Numbered from the stretch's first letter, positions 1 to 9,673 are shown. The stretch is DNA of 44,147 nucleotides from Pseudomonadales bacterium (GCA_028279115.1 JANQSV010000087.1:1-44147); one strand, 5' to 3'. The notes: generated by a model from the letters alone, not told the origin. Numbers and translations: made by a program.

Positions 1-132
1 GCCTCGCCCCTCAAAAAGCCTCGCTTTTTGTCGGCTGCGCCGACCGGGCCTCACCACCCATCCCTGGCGCGTCTCTTCTCTGTCATTCTGCGCGGAGCGA
101 AGCGCAGTCGCGGAATCTCCCGGGGGATTCTC
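1..132. repeat. Intergenic mosaic repeat: B-type unit (1-60) plus A-type half element (82-132)
   Basis: 1-60 is CCCTCAAAAAGCCTCGCTTTTTGTCGGCTGCGCCGACCGGGCCTCACC. It matches units at 19580-19629 and 20495-20541, and inverted units at 42006-42172. 82-132 is GTCATTCTGCGCGGAGCGAAGCGCAGTCGCGGAATCTC-ccggg-GGATTC, matching 2183-2229 and 20289-20339. Confidence 0.75.
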
Positions 133-1948
133 ACCACCCCACGGCCTGGCCATCCTTGCGGTGGTCCGACCCGGCACGGTATATGCCGTTTACAGGAAGG
201 TCTTCGTCGATGCTTTGCTGATTGAATAGCGGCGGCGTCATTTCCGGGTCGCGCGTGAACAGGATGCCCTGGTAGCCTCCCACCGCGCCGCCGTCGACAC
301 CGCGCACATTGTGCCCCCGCGCGCGCAACGCCGGACCGACCAGATCGAACAGATTGTGTTCCAGCGACAGCACGTTGCTGTTCTGGCTATGCGTGAAACG
401 CGCCGCGTCGGTAGTCATCTGCACGTTCATGCCATGGTCGATCACGTTCACCATGTGCTGGGCATGGGTTTCGGGCTGCACCGCGCCGCCCATGTTGCCG
501 AAAGTCATCAGCGGCTCGCCGTTGCGGGAGACGAAACCGGCGATGATCGAATGAAACGGCCGCTTTCTCGGCGCCACGACATTGGGATGATCCTCATCGA
601 GCGTAAAGCCCACGCCGCGGTTATGCAGGATCATGCCGTACGGCGGAATCGTGACGCCGCTGCCATAGACCGAAAAGATGCTGTGGATCAGGGAAACCAT
701 ATTGCCCCAGCGGTCTGCGGTAGTGAGATAGATCGTGCCGCCGTCGAGCCCGCCGGTAACCGAAGGCTCGGCGGCCTTGTTCATATCGATCCGGTCGCAG
801 AGCGAAAGCGCGTAGGTTTTCGACAGCAACTGATTGAGCGGGGGCGGATTGAACAGCGGGTCGGCGTTGTAGGCCTGCAAGTCGGAATAGGCCAGCTTCT
901 TGGCTTCCACCATGAAATGCCAGTAGTCGGGACTCGAGGGCCCCAGCGCGGAAAGATTGAGTCCGTGTACGGGAGCGCACATTTCCAGGATATTGAGCAT
1001 TTCCAGCGCCGCCCAGCCCTGGCCCGGGGGCGGAAGCTGGTGGACGTCATAGCCGTGATAACTGGTGGATATGGGCTCAACCCATTCGGGTTCGAACTCC
1101 GCCAGATCCTCATGCGTCATGACTCCGCCCAGCGACTGAACTTTCACCACCAGGGCATCGGCGATCGCGCCGCGGTAGAACGCGTCCTTGCCTTCTTCCT
1201 GCAAAATCCGCAGGGCGTCAGCCAGATCGGGATTGCGAATGATCGAATACAGCGCCGGCGCCTGGCGGCCATCGAGAAACACGCGGGCCGAATCCGGGTC
1301 TTCGAGCAACTTCTCAACCTGGCGAGTCAGATCCACGTGCCGCCGTTCCGATTGTCCCCAGCCCTCTTCGGCGATGCGCGCCGCGCGTTCCAGCGTCTGC
1401 CTGAAATCCATGGTGCCGAAGCGCTCGAGCAAGGCGTCGTAGCCGGCTACGGCGCCCGGCACCGTGGCCGAATTGACTCCGCGCCCAGGTATTCTTTCGA
1501 CTCCCAGTTGCTCCTTGAAGAACTCGGGCGTCCAGCCGGCCGGCGCCCAGCCGGCCGAGTTCAGCGCATACAGCCTGCGGTCGGCCGCGCTCCAGACCAA
1601 CGCGAAAAGATCCCCCGCCAGACCGGTATCGTTCTGCGAAGTAACGTCGAGCACCGCCGCGGCGGCCACGGCCGCATCGATCGCGTTGCCGCCCCGTTGC
1701 AGAATCTCAAGCCCGGCTTGCGCCGCAAGCGGGTCGCTGGTCGCGACAATGCCATGGCGGGCGATCACCTCGGACCGCCCCTGGCCGGCGAATCCCTGGG
1801 CGCGGCTGCCCGGCACGGCGACGATGCCCGCCGCCGGATTCGGCCGCTCCGCCGTGGGAATGCCGAAGGCGTTTGGAGACTGGGAAAGCGCGGGAACCGC
1901 CCAGGCGGCCAATATGCAGACAAACAGGGTTCGGAGAGTATCTTTCAT
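131..1948 (-). CDS. ggt: gamma-glutamyltransferase family protein, exported
   Basis: ORF 131..2257(-) trimmed to ATG 1948, where MKDTLRTLFVCILAAWAVPALSQ looks like a signal peptide. The body is GGT-like, including DGGTIYLTTADRWGNMVS around the autoprocessing Thr. The 103 upstream codons read through intergenic repeats (..IPREIPRLRCARNDN..) and are not credible coding. Confidence 0.9.
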   Translation of the reverse strand: MKDTLRTLFVCILAAWAVPALSQSPNAFGIPTAERPNPAAGIVAVPGSRAQGFAGQGRSEVIARHGIVATSDPLAAQAGLEILQRGGNAIDAAVAAAAVLDVTSQNDTGLAGDLFALVWSAADRRLYALNSAGWAPAGWTPEFFKEQLGVERIPGRGVNSATVPGAVAGYDALLERFGTMDFRQTLERAARIAEEGWGQSERRHVDLTRQVEKLLEDPDSARVFLDGRQAPALYSIIRNPDLADALRILQEEGKDAFYRGAIADALVVKVQSLGGVMTHEDLAEFEPEWVEPISTSYHGYDVHQLPPPGQGWAALEMLNILEMCAPVHGLNLSALGPSSPDYWHFMVEAKKLAYSDLQAYNADPLFNPPPLNQLLSKTYALSLCDRIDMNKAAEPSVTGGLDGGTIYLTTADRWGNMVSLIHSIFSVYGSGVTIPPYGMILHNRGVGFTLDEDHPNVVAPRKRPFHSIIAGFVSRNGEPLMTFGNMGGAVQPETHAQHMVNVIDHGMNVQMTTDAARFTHSQNSNVLSLEHNLFDLVGPALRARGHNVRGVDGGAVGGYQGILFTRDPEMTPPLFNQQSIDEDLPVNGIYRAGSDHRKDGQAVGW

Positions 1949-2182
1949 GATCAATGGGGTTGCGCCGCCGGATGCTGCGCGAGCAGGTCCTTGCCATAAT
2001 CGTTGCCGTTGGGTGTTCTCGCCCGGGAATACGCGACGGTTGCGGCCAATCCAGACAAGACGAGGGCGGGCGGCAACACGCCGACGGTTCTTTTCATCAC
2101 TGAACCTTGAATCTGGCGAAGTCGAGCGGTAGAGGCTACCTGTTGCCGCGCGAATCCACAAGTGGGGGCTGGCCACCCGATT

Positions 2183-2414
2183 GTCATTCCGCGCGCAGCG
2201 AAGCCGCGGAATCTCTCGAGGGATTCCGATAGTCCGCACTTGCCATTCCTGGCGCACCTCTGTCGGCTTCGACCAGCCCCGGTCTCGCCAGTCCAGCCGC
2301 CAAGCACGGCTTGGCGCCGTTCAGCCCGCGCGAAGCTGGGCTTCGCATACGCTTGCCTTCACCCACGGCAAACCGCTTGGACTTTCAGAAGCTTCGCTTC
2401 CGACCAGCTGCGCC
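2183..2414 (+). repeat. Composite A+B intergenic repeat, copy 1 (about 230 bp)
   Basis: Collinear, roughly 80% identical by eye to 20289-20541. Shared blocks are GTCATTCCGCGCGCAGCGAAGC, CCAGTCCAGCCGCCAAGCAC.GCTTGGCG, GCTTCGCATACGCTTG.CTTCACCCA.GGCAA and GCTGCGCC. Lies between the ggt start and the MATE stop. Confidence 0.85.
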
Positions 2415-2416
2415 AA

Positions 2417-3799
2417 TCAGTCCTCGCCCATAACCGCGGCGAGTTTTTCCTCGCTGCGCCAGCGGCCGCCCCGCAAGCGCGTCACATAAACGACAGCGAT
2501 GGCGAATACCAGCAGGGTGAATACGATCCAGGAGACTTGGGCGCTCAGTCGCAAGACGAGAATGATGAAGTATTGAATCACCAGCATGGACCAATACAGG
2601 GCGACCGACGCGATCATCAGCCAGCGCGTGTCGCCGGCGCCGCGCAGTACGCCGCCGGCGACCAGGCAGGTGGCGTCTGCCATGGTGTAGCAGGACAGCC
2701 CGACCATCATGAAGCCGGCGAGCGCGCGGATTTCTTCGAAGTCTCCGCCCGGCGGCGTGAAAATTTCGACCAGCGGGAAACGGAACACGATATACGTGAC
2801 GGCAAGCGCCGCCGAATAACACAGGCCGAGCGCGAATCCCGCGCGGATTACCTGGTTGGTCCTTTCCATGTCGCCGGCGCCGACGAAACGGCCGATCATG
2901 CTGATCACGGCAATGTTGAGGCCGATCATCGGCACGAAGGAAAGGATGTCCCAATTGAAGACGATCGCCGCCGAGGCGCCGGCGACGATGCCATAAGACT
3001 GGAACATGAGCAGAAACAGGTTGAAGGCGGCGACGTTGAGGAACAGTTCCACCGCCGAAGGCAGCCCCAGCCGCAGATAGCGGCGCGTGATCCCCGCGTC
3101 GAAATGAAAGGACTGCATGACCTTGAAACGGACGCGATGAAACGGACGCATGTAGAACCAGAGGAACAGTCCGAGCGAGAACAGCGTCGCGATATTGGTG
3201 CTGATGGCGGCGCCGGCGATGCCCATGGCCGGCAACCCGAGATGACCGAAGATCATGACGTAGGCGAGCGGCGCATTGAGCAGCAGCCCGCAGATATCGC
3301 AGATCATGACCACGCGGGTGCGGCCGATGCCGGCGAAATACGATGAGAAGCAGGTTTTCGCCAGCGGCAGCAGTACTCCCGCCATGAGGATCAGGAAATA
3401 GACGCGTTCGAGTTCGACCAGGCGCGGATCGTGGTCGAGCAGATTGAACAATTGCAGCACCCCGAGCGTGACCGCGGCGAGCGGAATCAGGCTCGCGACC
3501 GATATGATCAGACCCTGGGTGACGACCTTCGGGCACTTGTGGAATTCTTTCGCGCCGAAGTACTGGGCCGCCAGCGCGTTGCTGTAGGAAAACAGCCCGG
3601 TGAAGAAACAGAACGAGAAGAACGCCGCGACCCCGCCGCCAAGGGCGGCCGCCATGTGTGTCGGACTGATCTGGGACATGAAATAGCGGTCGGTAAAAAT
3701 CATGACCGCAAAAGTTCCCTGGGACACCACCATTGGCACGGCGATGCGCACCATTTCCCGGAATGTGCTCCGATCAAGCTGGAAAATAGCAATTTGCAT
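2417..3799 (-). CDS. MATE family efflux transporter
   Basis: 460-aa polytopic membrane protein. The N-terminus FREMVRIAVPMVVSQGTFAVMIFTDRYFMSQIS is typical of NorM/MATE proteins, with a 12-TM-like hydrophobic pattern. Confidence 0.88.
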   Translation of the reverse strand: MQIAIFQLDRSTFREMVRIAVPMVVSQGTFAVMIFTDRYFMSQISPTHMAAALGGGVAAFFSFCFFTGLFSYSNALAAQYFGAKEFHKCPKVVTQGLIISVASLIPLAAVTLGVLQLFNLLDHDPRLVELERVYFLILMAGVLLPLAKTCFSSYFAGIGRTRVVMICDICGLLLNAPLAYVMIFGHLGLPAMGIAGAAISTNIATLFSLGLFLWFYMRPFHRVRFKVMQSFHFDAGITRRYLRLGLPSAVELFLNVAAFNLFLLMFQSYGIVAGASAAIVFNWDILSFVPMIGLNIAVISMIGRFVGAGDMERTNQVIRAGFALGLCYSAALAVTYIVFRFPLVEIFTPPGGDFEEIRALAGFMMVGLSCYTMADATCLVAGGVLRGAGDTRWLMIASVALYWSMLVIQYFIILVLRLSAQVSWIVFTLLVFAIAVVYVTRLRGGRWRSEEKLAAVMGED

Positions 3800-4114
3800 A
3801 GCGATCTTTCACGAAGCTGTCAATTTGGCACACCGGCAAACCGGTCGGGGCGCATGAAGGCGACCCGGCAATTTCACGAAGTCTGAAGGAAACTTCGATT
3901 TATCGAAGCTTCCGCGCGGCACAGGGGTGCTCCGCCGGATTCGATGGGTGGAGGCAAGCGTTTTCGAAGCGCAGCTTCGAGCGCAGCCGTAACGGCACGG
4001 AGCTATGCTCCGTGGCCGGAGTATGCCATTGAATTCGGGAGCAAAACAAAACCACGCTTTTGTTTTGCGATGAATGAGCAATTCCAGGGATGGAATTGTT
4101 CAGAATTTCAAGCG

Positions 4115-5434
4115 TCAACTGCCGGCTTCGAGCATCGGCTGCCGGCGGCGATAGGTCAGACTCCGCCAGAGCCATTCGCAAGGTCCGAACCGGTAGCGTC
4201 GCAACCAGAGATGGCTGAAGACGAGCTGGAAAAGCCATACGCCCAGCACGAACAGATACATGCCCGAACGGTCCCATGCGGCGAACTGCCCAAGGCCGAC
4301 GCCGAGAAAAACCAGATTGCAGATTACCGTCTGCATCAGGTAATTCGTCAGCGCCATCCGACCGACATTGGCCAGGGCCGCTTGCGGCCGCGCCAGCAGG
4401 CCGGAACGGCAAATCGTCATCACCAGACCGATGTAGCCGAGGGCGAGAGCCAGCCGCCCGAGATCGTAAGTCGGCCGGTTGAACGACTGCCAGTACAACT
4501 GATAGCCGCTATCGACGAACGTCATTGTTTCCCAGGCGTTCAGCGGCAGGCCGACGCCGAATCCGGCGCACATCAGCAACAGGTGGAAACGCACGCCGCG
4601 CGTGGTGTCGAATACGCGCCATTTCATGAAGGCCATGCCGAGCAGCATCATGCCCAGCGCATCCCAAAGCCCGAATGCAAGCAGACCGACAGTCTGCATG
4701 ACAATCGTCAGGCTGGCGGCAAACACGAAGTTGTCGGCATAGCCTGATCGCCTTGCCTCGATTTCTTCGGCCTGCCCCGCCGCCGACAATCCCTGGTCCG
4801 CAAGCATGGTGTTCCATGTCTGCACCGCCTCCTGTTGCTGTTCGGTCATTTCGACTCCGGGCGCGAGCGCCTGGGCCTCCGCCACGACCTCCGCAAGTTG
4901 CCGCAAGGAAAAATGCAGACCCGTGTGAAGCACTGTGGTAAACAGCATTACGCCGACGGCCCAAATCAGCAACGCGCGCGCGCTCAGGTTCCGAAACAGG
5001 AACAGCAGCAACCCGGCCACGCCATAAATGAACAGGATGTCACCCACCCAAAGCAGCGCGTACGCATTGAACAAACCGAACAGGATCAGAAGGCCGGTGC
5101 GCCGGTAATACAACCCCCGCACCTCGCTCGCGTCCGCGCCGGGCTTGTTCATGAAAATCAGCAGGCCGGCGCCGAACAGCATGGAGAAGATCGCCCGCAT
5201 GCCGCCTTCAACGAATATCTCGGCGCCCGCGAACAAGGCGAAATTCGCCCCTTCCGCGGCGCCGTCGACCCGTGGGTCGAACAAGCTTCCGAACGGCTGG
5301 GCGAAAGCCAGAATATTGATGATCAGGATACCCAGCAACGCGACGCCGCGCAGGGTATCGATCGACCGGATTCTGACCTTGCCGCCGACCGGCGCCTGGA
5401 TTGTTGGACTGAGCTCCGACATGCCGCGCAGCAT
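4115..5434 (-). CDS. DUF418 (YeiB-like) membrane protein
   Basis: IRSIDTLRGVALLGILIINI near the N-terminus and a multi-TM body are typical of DUF418. Start chosen at ATG 5434 (GGAG 4 nt upstream). The ORF-track start at 5458 is TTG and remains possible. Confidence 0.8.
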   Translation of the reverse strand: MLRGMSELSPTIQAPVGGKVRIRSIDTLRGVALLGILIINILAFAQPFGSLFDPRVDGAAEGANFALFAGAEIFVEGGMRAIFSMLFGAGLLIFMNKPGADASEVRGLYYRRTGLLILFGLFNAYALLWVGDILFIYGVAGLLLFLFRNLSARALLIWAVGVMLFTTVLHTGLHFSLRQLAEVVAEAQALAPGVEMTEQQQEAVQTWNTMLADQGLSAAGQAEEIEARRSGYADNFVFAASLTIVMQTVGLLAFGLWDALGMMLLGMAFMKWRVFDTTRGVRFHLLLMCAGFGVGLPLNAWETMTFVDSGYQLYWQSFNRPTYDLGRLALALGYIGLVMTICRSGLLARPQAALANVGRMALTNYLMQTVICNLVFLGVGLGQFAAWDRSGMYLFVLGVWLFQLVFSHLWLRRYRFGPCEWLWRSLTYRRRQPMLEAGS

Positions 5435-5498
5435 AATGCTCCAATCCCGCTTTTTCAATCTTGGGATACATCAAATGTTTCAAGCGATGAATCTTGAC

Positions 5499-5518
5499 GG
5501 GCGAGGCATGCCTCGCCC
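5499..5518. repeat. Perfect 20-bp palindrome GGGCGAGGCATGCCTCGCCC
   Basis: Self-complementary as read. Its 17-mer GAGGCATGCCTCGCCCC (5503-5519) recurs identically at 21713-21729. A second perfect 16-bp palindrome, GCCGGGCATGCCCGGC, lies at 5585-5600. Confidence 0.8.
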
Positions 5519-5751
5519 CCACGAACATATTGCAAGGAACCGCAGGGGCCGCGGGAACCGCGCGGACCGCAAGGAACTGTAGGAGCCGGGCATGCCCGGC
5601 CCGTGACCGCGGCAATTGCCCAAGTATTGGCGACTTTCGCCAAGATCAGCTGGAATTTTGCGGCAATGACTTAAAAACAGTATTTATTTCAATAGCTTAC
5701 AAATTGGCATGAATACTGCTGGACTTACTCCAGGGAAATTTGGAGAACCTC

Positions 5752-5940
5752 ATGAGAAGAAGCATTCGAAGACTTAACCCCGGCGCCCTGATCGTCAAAT
5801 CGATCCTGCTCGTGGCCATTGCCGTCTGCGCGATCATCGGCCTCGCCGGCCTGTTGCTGCCGATCATTCCCGGCCTGCTCTTCCTGGCTCTTGCCGCGAT
5901 CCTGCTGCGCCAATTTCAGCGCCGCCAGTTCCGCTTGTAG
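5752..5940 (+). CDS. small hypothetical membrane protein (62 aa)
   Basis: ATG 5752 with GGAG 7 nt upstream. One or two hydrophobic helices (LLVAIAVCAIIGLAGLLLPIIPGLLFLALAAILL). Weak resemblance to the N-termini of DUF454/PGPGW-type small membrane proteins. Confidence 0.4.
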   Translation: MRRSIRRLNPGALIVKSILLVAIAVCAIIGLAGLLLPIIPGLLFLALAAILLRQFQRRQFRL

Positions 5941-5951
5941 CTCTCCCATCG

Positions 5952-6037
5952 CCATTCCGCGCGGAGCGAGACGGAGCCGCGGAATCTCTGGAGTTCGCGT
6001 CATCCCCGACGGGATTCCGCGACCGCGCGCGGAATGG
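5952..6037. repeat. A-type palindromic element with perfect 12-bp terminal inverted repeats (86 bp, MITE/REP-like)
   Basis: CCATTCCGCGCG (5952-5963) is the exact reverse complement of CGCGCGGAATGG (6026-6037). An inner inverted pair is GCGGAATCTC ... GGGATTCCGC. Same architecture as 13981-14068. Confidence 0.8.
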
Positions 6038-6107
6038 CGGCGCCACGTTGCCGCGCGGCCGCGCATTTGCTACCTTGCCGCCACACACGATCATTGGGGA
6101 TCCAATC

Positions 6108-6599
6108 ATGCGCATGCGAATTTCCCTGGCGATGATCTGCGCGATGGCGGCCGCCGTCACGATCCGGCCGCACATGCCTGCCGCCGAGGCGCAATCGATC
6201 GACGACATCACCTTGAACGTCTACAAGGAAACCACCTGCGCCTGCTGCGCGGGATGGATCGAGCACATGGACGAACACGGCTATCAGTCGACGATTTTCC
6301 ATCCGGCGAACATGAACCGCGTCAAGCTGGAGCTGGGATTGCGGCCGCAATATCACTCCTGCCATACCGCCGTGACAGCCTCGGGCTACATCTTCGAAGG
6401 CCACATCCCCGAGAAGTACATCGACATGTTCCTGGCCGACCCGCCGGAGAACGCCATCGGCCTGGCGGTGCCGGGAATGCCCATCGGCGGGCCTGGAATG
6501 GAAATCGGCGACCGGTTCACGCCTTACCGCATCCTGCTTCTGCGCAAGGACGGCAGCGCCGGAGTTTTCGCCGAGATCGACAGCAAGGCCGATCAATAA
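6108..6599 (+). CDS. DUF411 (CopG-like) periplasmic metal-binding protein
   Basis: Start ATG 6108 (signal-like MRMRISLAMICAMAAAV). Family hallmarks are TTCACCAGWIEHM, SCHTAV, GYIFEGHIP and GLAVPGMPIGGPGME. Confidence 0.88.
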   Translation: MRMRISLAMICAMAAAVTIRPHMPAAEAQSIDDITLNVYKETTCACCAGWIEHMDEHGYQSTIFHPANMNRVKLELGLRPQYHSCHTAVTASGYIFEGHIPEKYIDMFLADPPENAIGLAVPGMPIGGPGMEIGDRFTPYRILLLRKDGSAGVFAEIDSKADQ

Positions 6600-6936
6600 G
6601 ATCCGGTTTCGCCGCAACCGATGTCCGCCGCGGGCCGGGCAAACACTTCCATGCTCTCCGTCACCGAAACGGCAAAACATGAAGGCCGCGGCGACAAGCT
6701 TTTTCATTGCCGCCCGCCCCGCTGTGCGGCGGGATTTGACGATTGTCGTTTTTTCGCCGGAATTGCCTCGGGATCGCCCGTTCGAGTTGGACATGCTCCC
6801 GTAAAATGCTTATTCTTGGCGGGTCCTACGCGACCGGTGGCGGGGTCTGTCCGATTTCGTCGTTGCGCCGCATGTTCGAAACGACCGTAGCCGGCCAACG
6901 GAACGGTCAAATCCAAATACTGTTAGGGGAAAGATA

Positions 6937-9618
6937 ATGTTCAGACAAAACAAGGCGGCCAGGTTTCTATCGCCCGCGATAGCGCTGGCTCTCATGGCTC
7001 CCGCGGTTTACGCGCCGGCGGCGCTGGCGCAGGAAGACGCGGCCGATGATCTCGAAGAAATCATCGTGACCGGCGCGCGCGGCCGACCGCGAACCGTATC
7101 CGATTCGCCGGTGCCGGTCGACGTGTTCGGCGCCGACGATATCGAAGCGATATCGTATACCGACACCAACGACATCATCAAGACGCTGGTGCCCTCCTTC
7201 AACATTGCAAGGCAGCCGATTTCCGACGGCGCGACGTTCATCCGCCCGGCGCAATTGCGCGGCCTGCCCACCGACAAGACGCTGGTGCTCGTCAACTCCA
7301 AGCGGCGCCACCGGGCGGCGCTGGTGGCCATCGGCGGTTCGGGCACGCAAGGCCCCGACATGGCGACGATCCCCGCGGTGGCGGTCCGGAACATCGGGGT
7401 GCTGCGAGGCGGCGCGGCGGCGCAATACGGCTCCGACGCCATCGCCGGCGTGATCAACTTTCTGCTCAAGGACAACCGCGAAGGCGGCAGCGTCAGCATC
7501 GACACCGGCGGATACGGCGAAGGCGACGGCGCTTCGACCACGGTGCAGGGCAATATCGGTCTGCCCCTGGGCGACAACGGATTCCTCAGCATTTCGGGCG
7601 AGTTCCACGAAGCCGACCAGACCACCCGCGCGGAACAGTATTGCAACTCCTGGTTCTGTCTCGATCCGAGCAATCCCGTTTACAATGATTTCCTCAGCGC
7701 CGGGTCCTCAACAAGCAGAGGCGGCGAGTTGGGAACCCGATTGAGTTATGGAACCGGAGCGGACGACAGAGGGCAGGATTACCTTGCCAACATCAATCTG
7801 GCCAATATCGGCGACGGCAACGTAGTGCAGCCATGGGGACAGCCGGACGCGGAAGCCGCCCGGTTGTTCTTCAACGCCGGCATCAATCTCGACGGCAACA
7901 ATGAACTGTACGGCTTCGGCAACTATTCCGACAGCAGCAGCAACGGCAGTTTCTTCTATCGTTATCCGTACAACGGCACGATCGAGGAATTGCGCGAACC
8001 CGACGGTTCGATCTACTTCCCGCTCGAGATTCATCCCGGCGGCTTCACGCCGCGCTTCTTCGGCGACGTGCGCGACGTGTCGATCGTCGGCGGCGTCCGC
8101 GGCGAGATGGACAACGGTCTCGGCTACGATTTCAGCGTCCGCAACGGCGAAAGCGAAATTCAGTACACGCTGAGCAATACCATCAATCCTTCGATGGGAC
8201 CGGATTCTCCGACTTCTTTCCGCCCGGGCGACTTGATCAACAGCGAAACCCAGTTGCAGGCGGACTTCACCTACGAACTCGATAACGGCGCGCTGTTCGC
8301 TTTCGGCGCATCGTGGATGGACGAGTCCTATGAAGTGGTGCAAGGCGAGGAAGTTTCCTATCGCGCGGGGCCTTACTCACAGGAGGATCCGCATGGTTTT
8401 TGCAACGGCAAAGGCGAGGGGGCCACACCAACCGCCAGGGGCATGGAGGTGATCGCCGCCGGTTCGACTCTGGATTGCACCAACAGCGGTGATCCCGTGT
8501 TTCGCGTGGTTGGCGTGGGCTCCAACGGTTTCCCCGGCTATTCTCCCGAGTTCTCGGACGTCTATGAGCGTAACTCCTATGCGCTTTACGGCGATTTGAG
8601 CGGCGATGTCAGCGATCAACTGTTCCTGCAAGCCGCGGTGCGTTACGAAGACTACGACGACTTCGATGCGGAACTCGTATGGAAGCTGGCCGGCCAGCTC
8701 GACGTGACCGACACCTTCGGACTGCGCGCTTCGATCGGCACCGCTTTCCGCGCGCCGACGCCGGGCCAGCAAGGCACCACCAACGTGTCGACGCGCCTGC
8801 CGCAAGGCTTCCCCGTGGCGAGCGGACTGTTCCCGCCGGGCGGCCCGATCGCCCAGGCGCTTGGCGCGGTTCCGCTCAGGCCTGAGAAGTCAGACAATTA
8901 CACATTCGGATTCACCGCCCAAGTGATGGATACCATAGATCTGACGGTGGACTTCTACCGCATTGACGTGCAAGACCGCACCTATGCGATTTCATCCCGT
9001 GACGTGTCCACCGATCCGACTTCCGGTGAAGCGTATCAGAACTATCTCGCGCTTGAAGCTGCTGGCGTAGCCGGCGCCAATTCGATCGGCGCGGTGCAGT
9101 ATTTCACCAACGGCTTCAATACCAGCACTCAGGGTATGGACATCGTGGCGACTACGCCGATCGAATGGGGCGACATGGGCACAACCACCCTGACCGCTTC
9201 GTTCAATTTCACCGAGAGCAAGTTCAAAACCGACCCGAGCGCATACCTGAACGCCGAAAACCAATTCGACTTCGAGAACTTCGATCCGAACTGGCGCGGC
9301 GTGGTCACCGCCCGGCACGAGTTGAACCAGCTTACGCTGGTCGGGCGCGTAAGCTATTACGGCGAGTCCACCAACTCCAACACCGGCGGTAACCCGTTGC
9401 GGTTTCAGACCCTTGATCCCGTCTGGTACACCGACATCGAAGGACAATATCGCTTCAACGATACCTTCAGACTGTCGCTTGGCGCCAGGAACTTGTTCGA
9501 CGAATATCCCGCACAGGATACGATCGGCGACTACTGCTGTGGTCGCCTGTATTCTTCGGGAACCGGAATGGATTGGCAGGGAGCGTATTACTACGGTCGT
9601 CTGACTGTCGACTTCTGA
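6937..9618 (+). CDS. TonB-dependent receptor
   Basis: Signal peptide, then a plug region (EEIIVTGARGRPRTVSDSPVPVDVF), a long beta-barrel and a C-terminal aromatic residue (..YYYGRLTVDF). An AGGGGA RBS lies upstream. Confidence 0.93.
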   Translation: MFRQNKAARFLSPAIALALMAPAVYAPAALAQEDAADDLEEIIVTGARGRPRTVSDSPVPVDVFGADDIEAISYTDTNDIIKTLVPSFNIARQPISDGATFIRPAQLRGLPTDKTLVLVNSKRRHRAALVAIGGSGTQGPDMATIPAVAVRNIGVLRGGAAAQYGSDAIAGVINFLLKDNREGGSVSIDTGGYGEGDGASTTVQGNIGLPLGDNGFLSISGEFHEADQTTRAEQYCNSWFCLDPSNPVYNDFLSAGSSTSRGGELGTRLSYGTGADDRGQDYLANINLANIGDGNVVQPWGQPDAEAARLFFNAGINLDGNNELYGFGNYSDSSSNGSFFYRYPYNGTIEELREPDGSIYFPLEIHPGGFTPRFFGDVRDVSIVGGVRGEMDNGLGYDFSVRNGESEIQYTLSNTINPSMGPDSPTSFRPGDLINSETQLQADFTYELDNGALFAFGASWMDESYEVVQGEEVSYRAGPYSQEDPHGFCNGKGEGATPTARGMEVIAAGSTLDCTNSGDPVFRVVGVGSNGFPGYSPEFSDVYERNSYALYGDLSGDVSDQLFLQAAVRYEDYDDFDAELVWKLAGQLDVTDTFGLRASIGTAFRAPTPGQQGTTNVSTRLPQGFPVASGLFPPGGPIAQALGAVPLRPEKSDNYTFGFTAQVMDTIDLTVDFYRIDVQDRTYAISSRDVSTDPTSGEAYQNYLALEAAGVAGANSIGAVQYFTNGFNTSTQGMDIVATTPIEWGDMGTTTLTASFNFTESKFKTDPSAYLNAENQFDFENFDPNWRGVVTARHELNQLTLVGRVSYYGESTNSNTGGNPLRFQTLDPVWYTDIEGQYRFNDTFRLSLGARNLFDEYPAQDTIGDYCCGRLYSSGTGMDWQGAYYYGRLTVDF

Positions 9619-9642
9619 TTCCGCGCAGCCAGCGCAAGCAAA

Positions 9643-9673
9643 GGGGGCGGCCAACTGGCCGCCCCCTTTTTTT
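9643..9673 (+). terminator. Rho-independent terminator of the TonB-dependent receptor gene
   Basis: GGGGGCGGCC-aact-GGCCGCCCCC (perfect 10-bp GC stem) followed by TTTTTTT, 25 nt after the stop codon. Confidence 0.9.

Noticed and set aside
311-1999. 562-aa plus-strand ORF opposite ggt. Similar long shadow ORFs: 2162..3346(+), 2385..3536(-), 6000..6794(-), 10725..11732(-), 12790..13809(-), 18315..19697(+), 20373..21704(+), 21736..23625(-), 24079..25110(+), 31756..32736(-), 38473..39516(-), 42364..43731(+).
   Set aside because: All overlap, on the opposite strand or in another frame, genes with clear family signatures. Their products are Arg/Gly/Ala/Pro-rich low-complexity sequences typical of antisense frames in GC-rich DNA.
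1949-2257. N-terminal ORF-track extensions of ggt (to 2257), the 12007 CDS (from 11785), the 21593 CDS (to 21836), the TBDR (from 21718), the cyclase (to 25014), HEPN (from 28093), MNT-hsdS (from 28617) and ALDH (from 40491).
   Set aside because: The extensions read through intergenic repeat elements or neighbouring genes. Internal starts have RBS motifs and are followed directly by signal peptides or family-typical N-termini.
3800-4114. 315-bp less GC-rich gap upstream of the MATE gene with several short hairpins. These include CAAAACAAAA-ccacgc-TTTTGTTTTG at 4043-4068, CACGGAGC-tat-GCTCCGTG at about 3996-4014 and AATTCCA-gggA-TGGAATT at about 4081-4098. Considered as a riboswitch (for example guanidine/ykkC) or a terminator.
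   Set aside because: I could recognise no conserved riboswitch core, and the hairpins lack T-runs. It stays unassigned pending an Rfam scan.
6600-6936. 337-bp leader upstream of the TonB-dependent receptor, examined for a cobalamin or TPP riboswitch.
   Set aside because: I could not find a B12-box-like or TPP (CUGAGA...) core by eye. There is only a weak hairpin plus T-run (about 6712-6752), possibly the terminator of the DUF411 gene. A covariance-model scan would be needed for a firm negative.
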